Assembly (NCBI RefSeq): GCF_963921235.1
Contig: NC_086097.1
Span: forward strand, 55,864,001-55,928,000
DNA length: 64,000 nucleotides
Source: Mobula hypostoma
Taxonomy: Eukaryota
Reading direction: 5' to 3'
The notes beneath the pieces were generated by a model, which saw nothing but the letters and a program-made list of their open reading frames with translations, was not told the DNA's origin and did not search any database. Positions 26,521 through 41,552 of this stretch are shown piece by piece (position 1 is the first letter of the stretch; every line of letters starts with the position of its first letter). The position numbers and the translations under genes are program-made.

Positions 26521-29500
26521 TATCACCTTTTGCCAATTTCATTCTCCTGCTTTGCCAGTTTCCCATTTTCCACCATTCTAGCTTGCGCTGTTGTTTTTGT
26601 TTCCTTTGAAACAAGTTAACTCCTTCGAGGAGCTTTTCAAAGACCCAACACTCGATTTTAGTCTACTGGCATACATTCCTCCTTAATTAATTGGCCATCT
26701 CGGTGAAGTTGATTTGTAATTTAGGCCATCAGTAACTCGTTTTGTTACATTTAACATTCATTATTAATAACACATGCATGGAATCAGTGCAAATAAAAAC
26801 AGCAAGCGACGGTACTTTACTAACAAAGAGAACAACTAAGACCCCAGGAAATCTGAAATTAAAAGCAGAAAATGGTGCACATACTTAGTAGATCAGACAG
26901 CATCTGTTGAGATTAAATTTCAGATAGGTCAGTATGCTGAAACATCTCTCCCTCTCCCTACCTCTATATATCTATCTCTCTAGACGCTCAGACGCTGACT
27001 GGCCTGCGAGAATTTCTAGCGTTTTGGTTTTTATACATAAATGTCAGAGGTTTGTTATATATTAGTAAGTTGTAGCAATTAGATTGCACTTTTGTGGGCG
27101 ACACTTTATTAAAATTCCAGACCACAAATCCGCCAATAGTTTAAAATAGCAGATTAGCTGATGGCACTTTAAATAAACAATATTTTGCTAATCTGGTGAT
27201 TTTCTCGGCCTAGGATGTCTGGTACAAAAATAATTAACTTTCTTTGTAACACCAAAAAGCGTCCAGCTGTTTGTAGTACTTCGGTTTTTATTTTGATAGT
27301 ATTACTGTGTGTGATCGTAACGTATACGAATATGTAGCTTTGTATCTTACAGACTCATTCGATTGGAATTTTACCACTAAAATTAGGAAATAAACGTAAC
27401 TCATTTTTGACATGTCTTCATTATGAAAATTGACTTTTGAGCTGAAGAAAGCTTTTAATTGAAAATCCGCCATATTTCAATAGTATGCAGCAGAAGAAGA
27501 TTACATACTTTATCCAAACATTCGCACAATTACTACTGGGATCGAGCATACCAACCAAACACCAGAAGGCTTTAACTTCAATACACCAGGTTAATATCGT
27601 AATTGCTGGCCAAATCTGATTTTAGAAAATAAATTATTTGACAGCATTTACAAGACCAGGGCAGTAATAAACTTTGATGAAAACACTTCGAATATGAGCT
27701 CAATAGAATCAACGGATGAGCTAAATAGAATCAATTTATTTGGGATGATTAAACCCGATTCTTAATGTTTTATATATAAAAAAATAGGTTTTATATGTAA
27801 AATATGTACGTGTCTGCTTTAAATTTTGAAAGGCAGCTTAATTAAAGCGGATCTCCAGAGTACCTGTAAACCTTTTCTCACTGCATTGAATGCAGTCTGG
27901 AAGGTTTGGTGTAAATCAGTGCAGATTTGTTAAGTTTGGAGGAATTAAGTGGCACAGCCAGTTGCAGGCGAGTGAACAGCACAGAAAACTTGATATATTA
28001 AGATAGATTTACTCTAAATCGGACTATGTTATCATTCATGCTTGTGAAATGCATTACAAGATGAAATTTAGACAGAAGAGAGGACAACACAGAAATCGGA
28101 GCTTGGGGATTCTCACAGATCACATCCTGATGATTTCACTGTATGTGGATGCTCCGTATTGCTGAAAACATTCATTATCCCAACACTGGCTTTATTTATC
28201 CCCTCCTATATTATCTTCGTCCATGTTCGGCTAGCAGCTAAACAACACAGTACTAGTCTAAGTTATTTTGCTGGAAACTGTCCCACATTGAATTAAAATA
28301 GTAAGCAACTTTTACAAAGCTACTTGACGTGACCAACTCTTTTATCAATAATAAAAAAAGGTCCCGACAATGTTGACCGGTGAATAACGACGTCTGAGGC
28401 GTCGCTGGAGTGGTCTGTAGCTGGGAATTTGCCATCCTATCTGCCAACAGGAATAGCTTGGAATATCAATAGCACTTGAAGGAAAACAAACCCAGAGTAC
28501 CACAATTGACTCGAAACCTCTTTTTATTACTTGCTCTATTATTAAATAGAGCCCGAGTAAAATTACCATGCTGCTGAAACAAAGTTTATTAGCAATTGTA
28601 GTGGTGAAGGGAGATGATTAACATGCTAATCTGTGTTCATAATACACATTTATAAGCAGCCCAACAACAAAAGTTATTTCTCCTCCTCGGTTTTAGGTTA
28701 CTATTAAAACACTAACTATCCACGAAAGTTTCGGCTGACACAAAATTCGACTTTCAGGAAATGAAGACCTACTGTATATATCTTCGTATACATAATATAT
28801 TTCATATGTATCTTCATATACCGTACATAACATATTAGTCATATTTCCAAACTTTAGGGTTTCGGCATGGTTGTAATCTATTGATCTGAACAAATTATAA
28901 CTACATCTACAAATCCAGTCGAAATTTAATCTTCAATATTTAAGTCGGTTCGATTTACTTTTCACAGAAAGCATTCTGAGCAAAATTGTGATAAAGACAT
29001 GATTCAGCATTTATTTCTGTTAAATTCAAATAGCTCATAATGCAACTAACCAATTCAAAGTTTCTAACGCTGCTGTTGAGATTTTAATAGCCAAAATCTT
29101 TAGAATCCTCTGTCAACCGATATGACTTACTAAACTGTGCCGGGAAAGAAATACAAGTTCTCTTTAGCTAACAGATAGAACATTCAGATACAGACAATGA
29201 AAATATACCATTGGAAGAGAACGTTGTTCATTAGTATTCTCAGGAAATAAGGTTGAACAACAATTTGTGTGATTTATTGTGAAGACCATTACCTGTATAT
29301 AGTTGGGATTTTTTAAAAATAGCTGTACGAAGTGAAAGTTAAAATTTGGGTAATATTTAATTATACGTCCTTATTGGCGTCACAACAGTTTGTAAATGGT
29401 AATACTATTCTCTCCGCCATTATTTTAAAATGCAATCCCTGGTGTACAATACTGTGAACGAAACTCGCCTTAAAAAGTAGCCCTTTCAGGTATTAGTAAC

Positions 29501-30799
29501 TGTTCTAAATAGACTTCTGCAGCAGCACTGCGTTCATGGAGCAGATGGAGAGAATATAAAGGTCTGCTCCACACCACCTCCTCTACCCCACCCATTCTCC
29601 TTTTCTCCGCATGCATAATTGCACGCATTTAAACAAAAACTTGCAAATACCTATTCGGGACCTTTGTTTTGGAAACAAGAAGGACACGATGTTCAACAGA
29701 TTTAGGACTTATCGTTTATATGAGGCAATTAAAAATCTTCCTGCAGCCCGAGTGTTGCAACTTCATCACAGGATGTTTCAGATATCGATGAAATACGTGA
29801 TTTATTGCAAAGACAGACGGTACGCCGCAGTGAAACGACCAACTTCCTAAAGCTTCTTGAAGGCATTTTCAAGTAATGCTGCCTGATAAACTTGCTCTTA
29901 TTTTTACTGGTAACACACCCGAAAATGTTGGACATATATTTACTAAATTTCAAATAAAAATTTTTTTCCAGCCATAAAGGAGAGTACATCACCTGCACGC
30001 ATTTTAAGATATGCGTGTAGCGTCAGCAGAAAGGAAAGAAAATTAGATTATTTCAATAGCTCAACAAATGATTTACTAATAATCATTGCAGCTTGCATGC
30101 TTGCACAAGTGTAAAGTAACTGTGGGGAAAATAAACTACTGCACTCCAGGCAATACACAAATCACCAACGTTTAATTCATTCCATCAAATTAATTCCGAT
30201 TTTGGCTGACTAGTACTACCATTCAACATTTAATGCTTGTTGGGAAATAAAGATGCGTTTGTTTTGCAGACTTCAATATTATTCACACCATTATAAAGAA
30301 TACCTCTGAAGTATTGCAGGAAATCCCTCGGTATAAATAACAAACCTTTGCTAAACAAGTGCAGGGGAAAGGAATGAAAATTTCTGCTTTATCCCGATAG
30401 ACTTCAGTATTAATTTAAAACTTTTTAGTCATGTCTATCATTGTGTCCCACATCCATGATGTATATGATCTGTGTCAATTGTTGTAGAACACATTTACTG
30501 AACACTTGCTGCTTTATTGTTCTAAAAGGTAATCTTCCAACGTGTCAAAGAACTGAAGAACTAGGAAAGAGGAGCAGAAGCAGGAGCTAGCCACCCAGGC
30601 TTTTCAGCATGACCTGCCTTTTAGTAGTTATAGTTGATCCATTAGCTCATCCATATCCAGAACTAACATTCCCATACCTCCATTCTCTTTGCATCAAGAA
30701 TTATTCAGCACAGGCTTTCATTTCCTCCTTTCCCATTTTCACTGTTACATGTCCAACCAAGTGGTTATGAAGGGTTTGGAGAGAGGAGGTGAGCAGGAT

Positions 30800-31050
30800 T
30801 GATTTTATTTACTTAGAGATGAGCTTGGTAACCGGCCCTTCTGGCCCAACAAGTACGTGCAGCCCAATTACACCTACTAACCAATCAACCTACTAACTCG
30901 TCCGTCCTTGGAAGGTGGGATGAAACCGGAGCACCAGGAGGAAGCCGAGACAGTTACGAAAGGGACAAACAAACTCCTTACAGACGGCAGTGGAAATGAA
31001 CCCCGGGAGCCGCTGTTGTAACAGTGGTACACTAATGGCTGCACTACTTT
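30800..31050 (-). mobile_element. tRNA-derived SINE (V-SINE/HE1-like)
   Basis: gtgggatgaaaccggagcaccaggaggaa..caaacaaactccttacagacggc core typical of fish V-SINEs, with a CR1-like 3' end. Confidence 0.65.
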
Positions 31051-34000
31051 GATCTTGCTGGTCCACTTCCTTTCTGGTCAATAGCGGCCCCAGGTACTGA
31101 TTGTGAGGAAATGGCTACACTCCCTTTCTTTTACTAGGTAGTCAATGTGTCACACTCATTTGGTTGAGTGCTATTTGCCTATCAGCCCAGGTCGTCTTCG
31201 GTGCAGGGTATTGTACTACCTGATGACTTTTATGTGGAGTTGAAAACTGTGCATTGATTGGTAAACATTTCTACCTCTGATGGAGAGAATGTCTTTCATA
31301 CAGCTGAAGGTGGTTATACCTAGGACACCATGGTAAGGGACTCCTGCAGTGACGTTTTGGGGTTTAGATGACCAGTTTGAAGGCAATTACTTTCCCCTTC
31401 ATTTTCACTTACTGAAAATCAAATGGTATACTTGTTTCAGAAACAAAGCACATGGAAGGGCTATTGAACTTGCACTAATTCATTCATCCAGAATTCCTAC
31501 AACAAACTGGTGATCTCATGATTGGAAAAGAAATACATTTGTAATTATGAATCTTTCTTATGTTTAATAAATCTCTCTCCCACTGCCCCCTGGCTCATGC
31601 TAATGACATTGAGGAACTTTAGTTGTAATCTTTAGTTGTAATTAATGTAATACAACCAGATTTTAACATCACGGTTTGATATAATATCCACTGGCTAAAA
31701 CTAAAACACTTCTAAACTATGTCGCATTTTGTCTTGTAGAATCTTTGGAGTCACTTATATTATCTCATATTATGATGCACATTTGCTACAAATACATTAA
31801 ATATCATAGCTTTCCTGCAAATAAAAAGTTGCATTTCTCTTCAAATGCATTTGCAAATGCAATGTTAAACAAATTGATGAAAAATAGATAGGTGTATTTT
31901 AGGACATTGTGAGGCCACTAAACCAAATCATTCTGCATACTGATATTTGTGCCTTATAAGCCTTCCAAAAAAATTGCAGCTAGTATCCTTGAATATGGCT
32001 TGCACCATATAAAACAATCAAAATTTGGTCACACTTGCAGTTTTATTGAAAGTTGGAAGAGTTTGGATATATTTGGGCATATATTTAATTCTACAACTAC
32101 AATATGCCAGAGATCTTTCTAATTTAATTGAACTTGTAAAAGTTTTTATATATTTTTATTTAGCACACATCACTGGCATAATTCTGAGAAAACAAAATAA
32201 TGCTACAGGCAGAAACAATTATAAATATGTTCTTTAAAAATACATTTCATTATTTCTAACTTTCATAAGTCCTAACAAATGCAAAGTTCAACAGTTTTCA
32301 GACATTGATTTTTTGTAAATGACATTAATATTATTTCTTTTTCCAATTTTTTCTTCAGCCAGATGGCGTGAACACACCCAAAACAACAATTTCAATTAGT
32401 CGGCAAAATGCATGTCATACACCACAAAAAATATTACATCTATTCATTAAAAGCTGAATAGGCATATATCTATGATCTTTTCAATAAATCTTTTGCATAT
32501 TGTATATCTGAGCTTAAAATTAACTTTTTATAGCTTCTTCCCAGTCAGTAGGTTTATCATTGATCTTGCCAATTAAATCTAGAGAGAATCAATATCATTA
32601 TGTTTCCTTCCAAAAGATTCCCTATGAAAAGTATATTTAATGCAGTAGATGAAAATGCATAGTTGTAATCATTACATCTATTATAGTTTAAAGGTTAATC
32701 AATTTTGTATTCACAAAATATGAAACTGCCACAAGATAAAACTTTAATGACACAATGAAAATGTGATCTGTACAGAATATTTACTTTCAAAGTAAATGTG
32801 CAAAGCACTTTACAAGTATAAAATGCATTAATATTTTGTGCCAGTCTTATCTATGGCATACAATAATAATATTTTCCAAAACATCTCCTCAGATGTTGAA
32901 AGCAACTCAAGTAAATTATTGTATTTAAATGTAAAATTTATACTATAAGTTATCAAGTTATGAGGCATAATAAAGCAAAATTCTCTTTAGGGATGAAATG
33001 AATCTCATGTGAAGCCAAATAAAATTCCTGAAATTACACCAGTGTTGCAATTTTCAGGATGAAATTATTGTGTTAATAATCTAACATTTGGAAAGACTGA
33101 ATTAAGAATTTATTTTAAATCATGGACATTTTTAAAACATGGTTTATTCATCAAAATATAAACAACAAATTTCAGAGTAAACCTGAAATACTATACTCTT
33201 TCCTTGGGTGTATCAGGAAAACAGGAGAATAATAACTCCATTTAAACATACAAAAGTACTTACCCATCAACTTGTTATAGAGCTTGTTCCTGCAGACTCC
33301 TGAATTCACCAAACTGGTACTTTGGACAGGTTTTCACATTTTGGCAAAATATATTATAATTCTTGAAGACTTCATGATTCTATCGTTAGAAAGGAATTTT
33401 GAACCTCCTACTTTGACTTTGTTCAGATTTACAAATTCTTTACTGCTAATCCAGTTAGTGCACTCGAAGTAATACTATGTTACTCAAAAATATTTTATAT
33501 AAGTCTTTGTTTTATTTTATTTGCAATAATTATTGCAGATGCTTTGTTCAGCATATTTTAAGGAAATTGAATGTCTCAGGAATTATATGAAAACAATTTT
33601 ATTGATTATATTAGTTTAATTTAGGAACAAGAAGTGTATCCTTAGCTCGCCTTGCTAAGTGGTTATCTTTATTATGCATCGGATGGATTCATTAGTGCCA
33701 ATTTGGACACTGGCTCTATATGGTGATCAGATTTCATACTTCATAATCCATTTTATGTTACAGTATTTAACTACATAGTGACATACACAATTAAGTATTT
33801 TTCAGAGGAAATATAGTTTGTGTTCCAGTCAGAAAATAATAAAAAAATCTCATAATTTGTCTTGGAAATATAAGTAGATCAATTTATTGTTTGAAATTTT
33901 AAATGGGATAATGTCTCTAGTGAAATAGGCATTAACCACTATAATGAGATTAATATTATATATTGTTCATGGCTATAGTTTGCTGTTAATTGCAAATGTA

Positions 34001-34329
34001 CATATTAATATCTATTATTGCAGATTAATTCAACAATCTGTTTAGTATACTTTTAAGTCCACAAATTGCTCATGTTTTGCAGATTGATGTAAGTTTCCTT
34101 AATGTTAAAAGCAGTCACATATTATAACTTAACTGTTCTCAGGCATAATTCTTTCCTATGCCGATTATGGTTTTGATTATTTCTACATAGCTCACTGTCA
34201 CAAATTTACATTTACATACGTGCATGGTATAAAATGCAACAATAATACATTCTGTTATTGTGTTCAATTTACAAATAGTTTGGGGCAATGAGGAACACCA
34301 TAAGCTGAACAGAAATTTCAGTGTGGGAA

Positions 34330-35600
34330 GCAAGGGAAAAAATTGTTGGGTACCCGGCAGAAGTTTGTTACCCACGGGTGAGATACTGGCAGACTGCAGG
34401 GTGGCTAACCTTGTGCCTTTATTTATAGGGCTGAAGGATAAGTCAAGTACTACAGACTGTGAACTGGTGGGAAAGTTATTGGAGGGGATTCTGAGGAACA
34501 GGATTTATTTGCATTTGGAAAGGCATGGATTGATGAGAGAAAGTTAATATGGAATTTTGCATGAGAAATTGTGTCTCTCAAATTTGAGGTTAGATTACAT
34601 GGAGCCCAGAGAGAGCTGGGATACAAAATTAGCTTGAAGGTAGGACGCGCAGGATGGTAGTGGTAGTAGGGGTTGTTTTTTAGACTGCAGGCCTATGACA
34701 GGGAGTTTTGCTGGATCTCCTGTTTTCATATCAATTAACAATTTGAATGACAAAACAGGTGATATTATTCACAAGTTTACAGGTGACACCAAAATTGAAG
34801 GTAGAGTGGACAGTGAAGGAGGTTGTCTAAGGTTACAACATGATCTGGATCAACTGGGGAAGTAGGCAAAGGAATGACAAATGGAATTTAAATCAGACAA
34901 GTGTGAAGTGATTAATTTTGGGAAGTTAAACCAGGCAGGACATTCACAGTGAACGACAGAGCTCCAGGAGTGTTGTTAATCAAGGGGATAACAGTGGCAC
35001 TGGAGATAGAGAAGGTGGTGCAGAAGACATATAGCATGCTTGCCTTTATTGGTTACGGCCCTGACTACAGAGTTGGGACATCATGTTGCAATTACACAAG
35101 GTACTGGAGAGATTAAATTTGGGGACGTGCTGCTGGAAGGGTGTGATTAAGCTAGAGAAGGTGCAGAAAAGGTTCTAGCACTGTTGCTAGCACTGGAGGG
35201 CCTGAGTTATAAGGAGACTTGATTAGCTGGGACTATTTTCCCTGGAGCAAAGGATGTTGAGGAGTGACCTTATAGAGGTCATTTTGGGCATAGACAGGAT
35301 AGATAGTCACTGTCCTTTTCTGAGAATAGGAGAGTATAAAATTAGAGGGCATAGATCTAGGGCAAGTGGGGGAGGATTTAAAGGCAATCAGAAGAGACCG
35401 TTTCTCACACAGAGAGTAGGCGATGTATGGAATGAACTATCAAACAAGGTAGTAGAGGCAGGGATAATTACAACATTAATAAGGAACAATTGGACAGGTA
35501 CATGGATTTAGAGGGATGTGAGCCTAAGGCAGGCAAATGGGATTAGCTTAGGCAGGCATCCTGGTGAGCATGGACAGGTTTCTCTGCTGTCTATGATTAT
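34330..35600 (+). mobile_element. Degenerate CR1 LINE
   Basis: Remnant peptides VANLVPLF..VGKLLEGILRNRIYLHLE and LRSDLIEV..FLTQRVGDVWNEL, with many disablements. Confidence 0.85.
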
Positions 35601-37139
35601 GACTCTGTTTATTAACTATTAAAATTATGGTTATAACATTCATCAATACATCATGAAAATGTTTCAATAGTAACTGTTTTTTAAAAAATTCTTCTTCTTT
35701 TAACATTATTCGAGTTAAAGAATATAGCCTATGAACTCATATACACAAATCTTCCAGTGTTAAGTTGTCAAAGATCTCCTGGAAGTACATTTTTTGCAGC
35801 TGAATTTGGGTTGATAATAGTTGTAAATTAAGCATGTATTTTTATCAGACTAGATTGTGCTTCCACACATGATAGCTGCCCACCTGCCTACCTGCCCTTA
35901 CATTTTCTGTAGGCTGAGTTAACATTCTGCACCAAAGAAACAAGGACACAGGCAAAGTATTACTGTTCCCATACCAGAATGCCATTGTACAGCCTACTGG
36001 TGTTTAAATATCAAACATGTAGCTGCTCCTAACTGAAAATAAAACAGGAAATGTTGGTGACACTTAACAGATCAGATAATAGTTGTGCAGAGATAGATGG
36101 AATTAGTATTTCAGCTTAATACCCTCTCTCTCACCACAGATGCTATCTGACCTGCTGAGTATCTCTGCTTAATCTTCTTCTATGTTTAGACCTACAAATT
36201 TTTCTTGTAAAATAAATGTCACACATACTTATTACAGAATGTTTATCAATGAGGCTCAGTGACTCAGAAATTATTCTTGACCTGTTCCTGGTCACACTAA
36301 AGGCAAAACCTTTACTGAACTCAATAATTGTGGAATTCAGAACACAATATTCATCGGAACAGATTGATCCCAGAATGTCCAAGGTGACAAATTTATCTGA
36401 CATTTTTTAGTCACAGATTGATTCTGTGCTGTTCATAGTTACAGACTGATCTTAGAGTAGTCATAATTGCAGATCGATTCTTCAATGTCCAGTGTGATGA
36501 TCTTACACGGATTATAGCAACAGGTTACTTAGAGTTGCAGATTTGTCCTACACAGTACATAGTTAAAGATCCTACATTGTAAAAATATCTTGGTTACAGA
36601 TTGATCCCACATTTTCCAAAGTTAATTTCAGTGTTGTTGAATGGTTACATTGGCCAGGGCCTTAGATTAATTTGACTGTGGATGGTCAGAAATTGGTCTT
36701 ACAATATACATTATAATGGATAGATCTGATGCTGGACTAATTGAAACTGTAAAGGTCATAAATTGATTTTACGTTGTTTATAGTCAGAGATTGATCATAT
36801 GGGTGTTTACATTTCAATAATGACCCCAATCTGAAGGATTCTGTAGCACTCTTAGGCTAATCCTCAATATATGTTATTGCTGAGTAAACCACTGTAGTTC
36901 ATACTGATCTTAAATGTCCACAGTCAAATTGAAAGACTATTGAGTGTTCCTACATCATTTAAAGTTGCAGATTAATTGAAGTTTTCAAGGTCACAGACTG
37001 ATGCAACACTATACACGATCACAGATTGATTTTATACTGAATATAGCCTTAATTAGATCCTATGCTAATTATTGTTAAAAATTGGTTCTAGTGTATTCAT
37101 AATAATGAAAAGACCTTACATTGTACAAAATCACAGATG

Positions 37140-37560
37140 GCAGTTTCAGTCTCCTAACCTAAGAAAGGATAAACTTGTCCTTGAAGGAGTGCATCAAATT
37201 TCACCAGAATGATCTCTAAGATGACAAGACTCTTGTGTAAATGAGATTGCAATCATCAGAGTTTAAACAAAGAGAGGCGATCTCATTGAAAACAAAGTTC
37301 TCACGTGGCTTAATGGACTGGAAGAAGGGAGGATAGTTCACCGGATAGGGTTCTGGAATTAGGACTGAGATGAGGAGAACAGAAAACGGTGGAAACCTGG
37401 TTTCTGAATATATTCAGTAGATAGATCACTGAATGCAAAAATATCAAGAGACCTCAAATAAGTCATTAAGACAGAATTTTATCCATGATGATATTGAATT
37501 ACAGAACAGCTGAAAGGGACAAATAGTCTACTTCTGTTTCATTTTTCAATGTTTCCAGGT
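37140..37560 (+). mobile_element. Old CR1 3' fragment within the tandem array
   Basis: tctcctaacctaagaaaggat..ggagtgca..ttcaccagaatgat..gatctcattgaaa motifs match the 3' part of the intact CR1. Confidence 0.65.
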
Positions 37561-39369
37561 TTCTTTGATGATATTACTTATCTCAGATTAAATGGAATAG
37601 ACACAGGCACAGATTAATCCTCCCTTGCTCCTATTCACAAACTAATCTGACCACTATATAGAAGTAGATTCATCTACTAGTGTATGTTGGTACTGGTTGA
37701 TCTAATACTATTTATAGTGTTAAATTGATGGCATACTACTCATAGCCAAAGTTTGAAAGAACAATGCACATTATTGTGGATTGAGCCGATAATGCTATTT
37801 ATAAATACAGTTTGATCTCTCAGTGCACATTGACATAAGATTATCTGACACACTACGTGATCACACTTTGATTCCAAGATGTACCCTGAACATATCTGGT
37901 CACAAGTTGATCCTACACTGGGACATGGTCACAGACGAATCTGACAGTATTTATAGCTATAGGTAGATCTTATAATATACAGTCACAGATCATCCAACAC
38001 TTTAAATTATCAATTGATCTTGCACCACTCACTTTCAGTTTAAGTTACATTGTTCATAGTAGCAGATTTCATTCTGAGGAATTCAGAGTCACAGTTCGAC
38101 CCTGCACTGAACAAAGTTGCAAACTGGTGCTAGACTGTACTGTAACAGATTGACTCCATACTGTACATGGTCACATGTTGATAACACTGCTTTTTATCAC
38201 AATGATCTGAGACTATTTATAGCCAGACTCAAACTAGTCTATATGGTCACATCTCACTTATCTATGTTATGTGTAGCCCTACTCTAGACTATACGTAGAC
38301 AGAGTGACAGATTGATCTTACCATTTTTATGGAGACAAATTGATCGTGAACAACAAATACTAACATGTTGATTATAATACGGTCTGGCTCACAGATTGAT
38401 TTTGTACCGTTTATGGTCACAGAATGAACTGTTGCAGATTGATTCTACAGAATTTATAGTCTCAGACTTTTCCTGCAATTTTTGTGGTTGTAAATTGACC
38501 CTAGATTACTCATAGTAGCAAATTGATCCTAAATTACATAGCCACAGATGGACAGTATTAATAGTCGCAAACTTATCCTAGTACATTCATATTCACAGAC
38601 TGATGCTGCAGTATTCCTTATCTCATACTGAACCTAGAATAGTTAGTGGCAGATTGATTATACACTGTGCATTGTCATTGATAAATCCTACCGTGTACAT
38701 TGTCAAAGATTGACCCTACTGAGTACAAAGCTACAGATTAATTCTATACTCCACATGGTCATAAATCAGTCCTACTGTATTCACAATCAGAGATTGATTC
38801 TACATTTTATATATTTACAGGTTGATAACTCAGCTTGCATAACTGATAATGAGTCCAGTACTGTATATACAGTAGTTACTGTAAATCTTATAATATTCAT
38901 AGTTACAGATTAATCTTGAAGTATTCAGAGCTCACTTGATACAGAACTGTGCCATCATTTGTTGACCCTAAATTATTCCTAAAGTATTCATTGTTGCAGG
39001 TGGACCTTAAATCATCCACAAACACAGACTGGTTCCAAACATTTAGGTTCTACTGTGTTTGTACTCATGGATCTATCCTGCAGTATACACTGTCACAAGT
39101 TGATCCTTCAGTCTTTGTAGTCACAGAAGTCATTGTACTCAGAGTTCGAATTATAAAGTACGGAACTTATTGTAAAAGAGGGGCTGAAATTGAGGGACAG
39201 TGGCAGATTGATGCCATGCTACACATTCTCATACATTAATTCTGTAGTTTTCAGTCACAGATTGATGCTAAAGTATTCATTGATCCTGGACCGTCTATAG
39301 CCGTATTCCCACTGTACTCTTCCCATAGCTTAATCCTGGAGCAGTCACACACAGAGATTGGTATAGGGC

Positions 39370-39850
39370 TGTAGAAGTCAAGTCTTCTTACCTGAATAAA
39401 ATATGGAATGCAGTGAAGATTCACTAGATTGTCTCCAGGGAAGACAAATTCTTCATATGACAGACAAAAGCTGGACCTCTGTTGTTTAGAATTTAAAAGA
39501 ATGAGAGAGGACTGCAATGAAAGCTTCAGATTTCTTAAAGGCTTTGAAAGCAAAAATAGAGGAAGGGTGTTTTCCCAGGTTGAGGAGGTAACAACTAAAG
39601 CTTACAATCTCAAAATAAAGGGTAGGCCAATTAGTACAGAAATGAGGAGAGGTTTCTTCACTCATAAGGTGGTGAACCCTTTGAATTCTCCACTCAGGAG
39701 GATTGTGGATGTTGTCAATAGTTTCATTCAGAAAAGAGATTGACACAGTTTTAGATATCAATGGATATTGGGATGATGTTGGGAAAGGATGTTGTGATAG
39801 TAACCATGTTCTTGTTAAGTAGCAGAACAGCTTGAAACAAACAGAAACTC
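39370..39850 (+). mobile_element. Old CR1 3' fragment
   Basis: ORF 39429-39743 (LEFKRMRED..LKIKGRPISTEMRRGFFTHKVVN) resembles the CR1 C-terminus. Confidence 0.75.
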
Positions 39851-39899
39851 ATTTTGTACCATTCAATCTCATGCTGCTCATTATTACATCTTAATGGTA

Positions 39900-40173
39900 G
39901 AATGTCAAAAAGAGAAATAATGTATGAGATCATGAAAAGGCAACGTACCTTCATTGGACATGTGATTAGGAAAGAGGAGTTAGAATGCATGGTAATTATG
40001 GGAAAGATTGAAGGGAATAAAGCAAGAGGAAGACAAAGACAAATCATGATGGAGACAGCAGTCAGAGAACTGGAAGTGAATACCAATGAATTGATTCACT
40101 TGACCTGAAACTGGGGTGTTTGGGCCATGGCAGTCAAAGTTCAAAATGGGCACGGCACCTGATGATGATGATG
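39900..40173 (+). mobile_element. 5'-truncated RTE-clade LINE with (GAT)n tail and 7-bp TSD
   Basis: Peptide FIGHVIRKEELE..GKIEGNKARGRQR (RTE C-terminus), gatgatgatgatg tail, and AATGGTA at 39893-39899 and 40174-40180. Confidence 0.85.
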
Positions 40174-40209
40174 AATGGTAAAATCTTCATAGCAGCGTGG
40201 AGCTTACAA

Positions 40210-41010
40210 TGAAGAAAGGAATATAAGCAACAGGAGCAGGAGTAGGCCAATTGGTTCGCCGTGCCTGCTCCTCCATCCTATCAGATCATTACTGATCCAC
40301 CCTTGGATTCCTCTTCATATCACGAGCCTTTGCAATTCAAATGTCCATCACTCTTCATTCCGAATATATTGAACGACTCTGCTTCCACAGCTTTCTGGGA
40401 TGAAGAATTCCAATGAGTCACTGTCATTTGAAAGAAGACATTCCTTCTTATCCTATCTTAACTCTTGATTCTTTAGCAAGAGTTACTCCTGTTACTCTAT
40501 CCACACCTGTTGTGTGACGCATACTCTCAACGTCCACCCTATCAATCCTACTCAGAATTTTATATATTTCAATAAGATTGCCTCTCATTCTTCTGAAATT
40601 ACTATGGGCTCAACTTGTTTGACATTTCCTCATACACTTTATATCAACAATGACCACAGAGAGCCTTTTCTGTACCTCCAGTGAAAGTATATTCCCCAAA
40701 ATATTTTGTATTGCAACATTTTATGGTATCACTCTATTTAAATAATAATTGGCTTTTTCATCCTGCCTTCTGAATTGGATAATCTCACATTTTCCTACAT
40801 TATGCTCCATTGCCAAATTCTCCACTCATTTAATTTACCTATATTCCTTTGAGGACTCCTTGAGTCTTTCTCCCTGTTTGCTAACCCACATATCTTGATA
40901 TCAATGACAGAAATGGGTACAGTTGGAACCTAATCCAAGTCATTAATATAGATTGTAAATATTTGAGACTCTAGCACTGATCCCTGTGGCAATCCACTAG
41001 GAATTGTGCG
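40210..41010 (-). mobile_element. Degenerate CR1 fragment
   Basis: ggagcaggagtaggcca 3' end and tccaagtcattaatatagattgtaaa..cactgatccctgtgg RT remnant. Confidence 0.75.
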
Positions 41011-41552
41011 GTGTCAAGATTGATGCAGTATTCATAGTTGCTGATTGATCCTACGTTCTGCATTGGTACTGGTTAATTCTACCGTGCTCATTCTCAAGGA
41101 TTGATTTTACTCTGAACAAAATTACAGACTAATCCTACTGTACCATAGTAATAAATTTATGAAGGACTATACATAGCTCTGATTTGTTCATGCAGTATTT
41201 ATGGTCATAGTCTGATCTGACTTTGCATTTGATTATTATCTCATTCTCTGCATCTTCCCATGCTACTCTCAGCCTATCCTATACTGCATGTAGGCGCAAA
41301 TTGATCTAGAACATCCTCACAATTATGTACATAATCACAGAATGATTCTGCATTATGTTCTATTACTGTTGTTCTTCAATCACAGTCGCATATGAATTCT
41401 GCACTGTACATAGTCCTACAATGATCTTACACTATTAATTGTTGCAGATCCATCGGACGTGGTTTGTAGCCATTGATTGATCTCACACTATTTATAGGCA
41501 CAGGTTGATCTTACACCAAATATGCTTTGTTGTTTGCTGTTTTTACTACATA

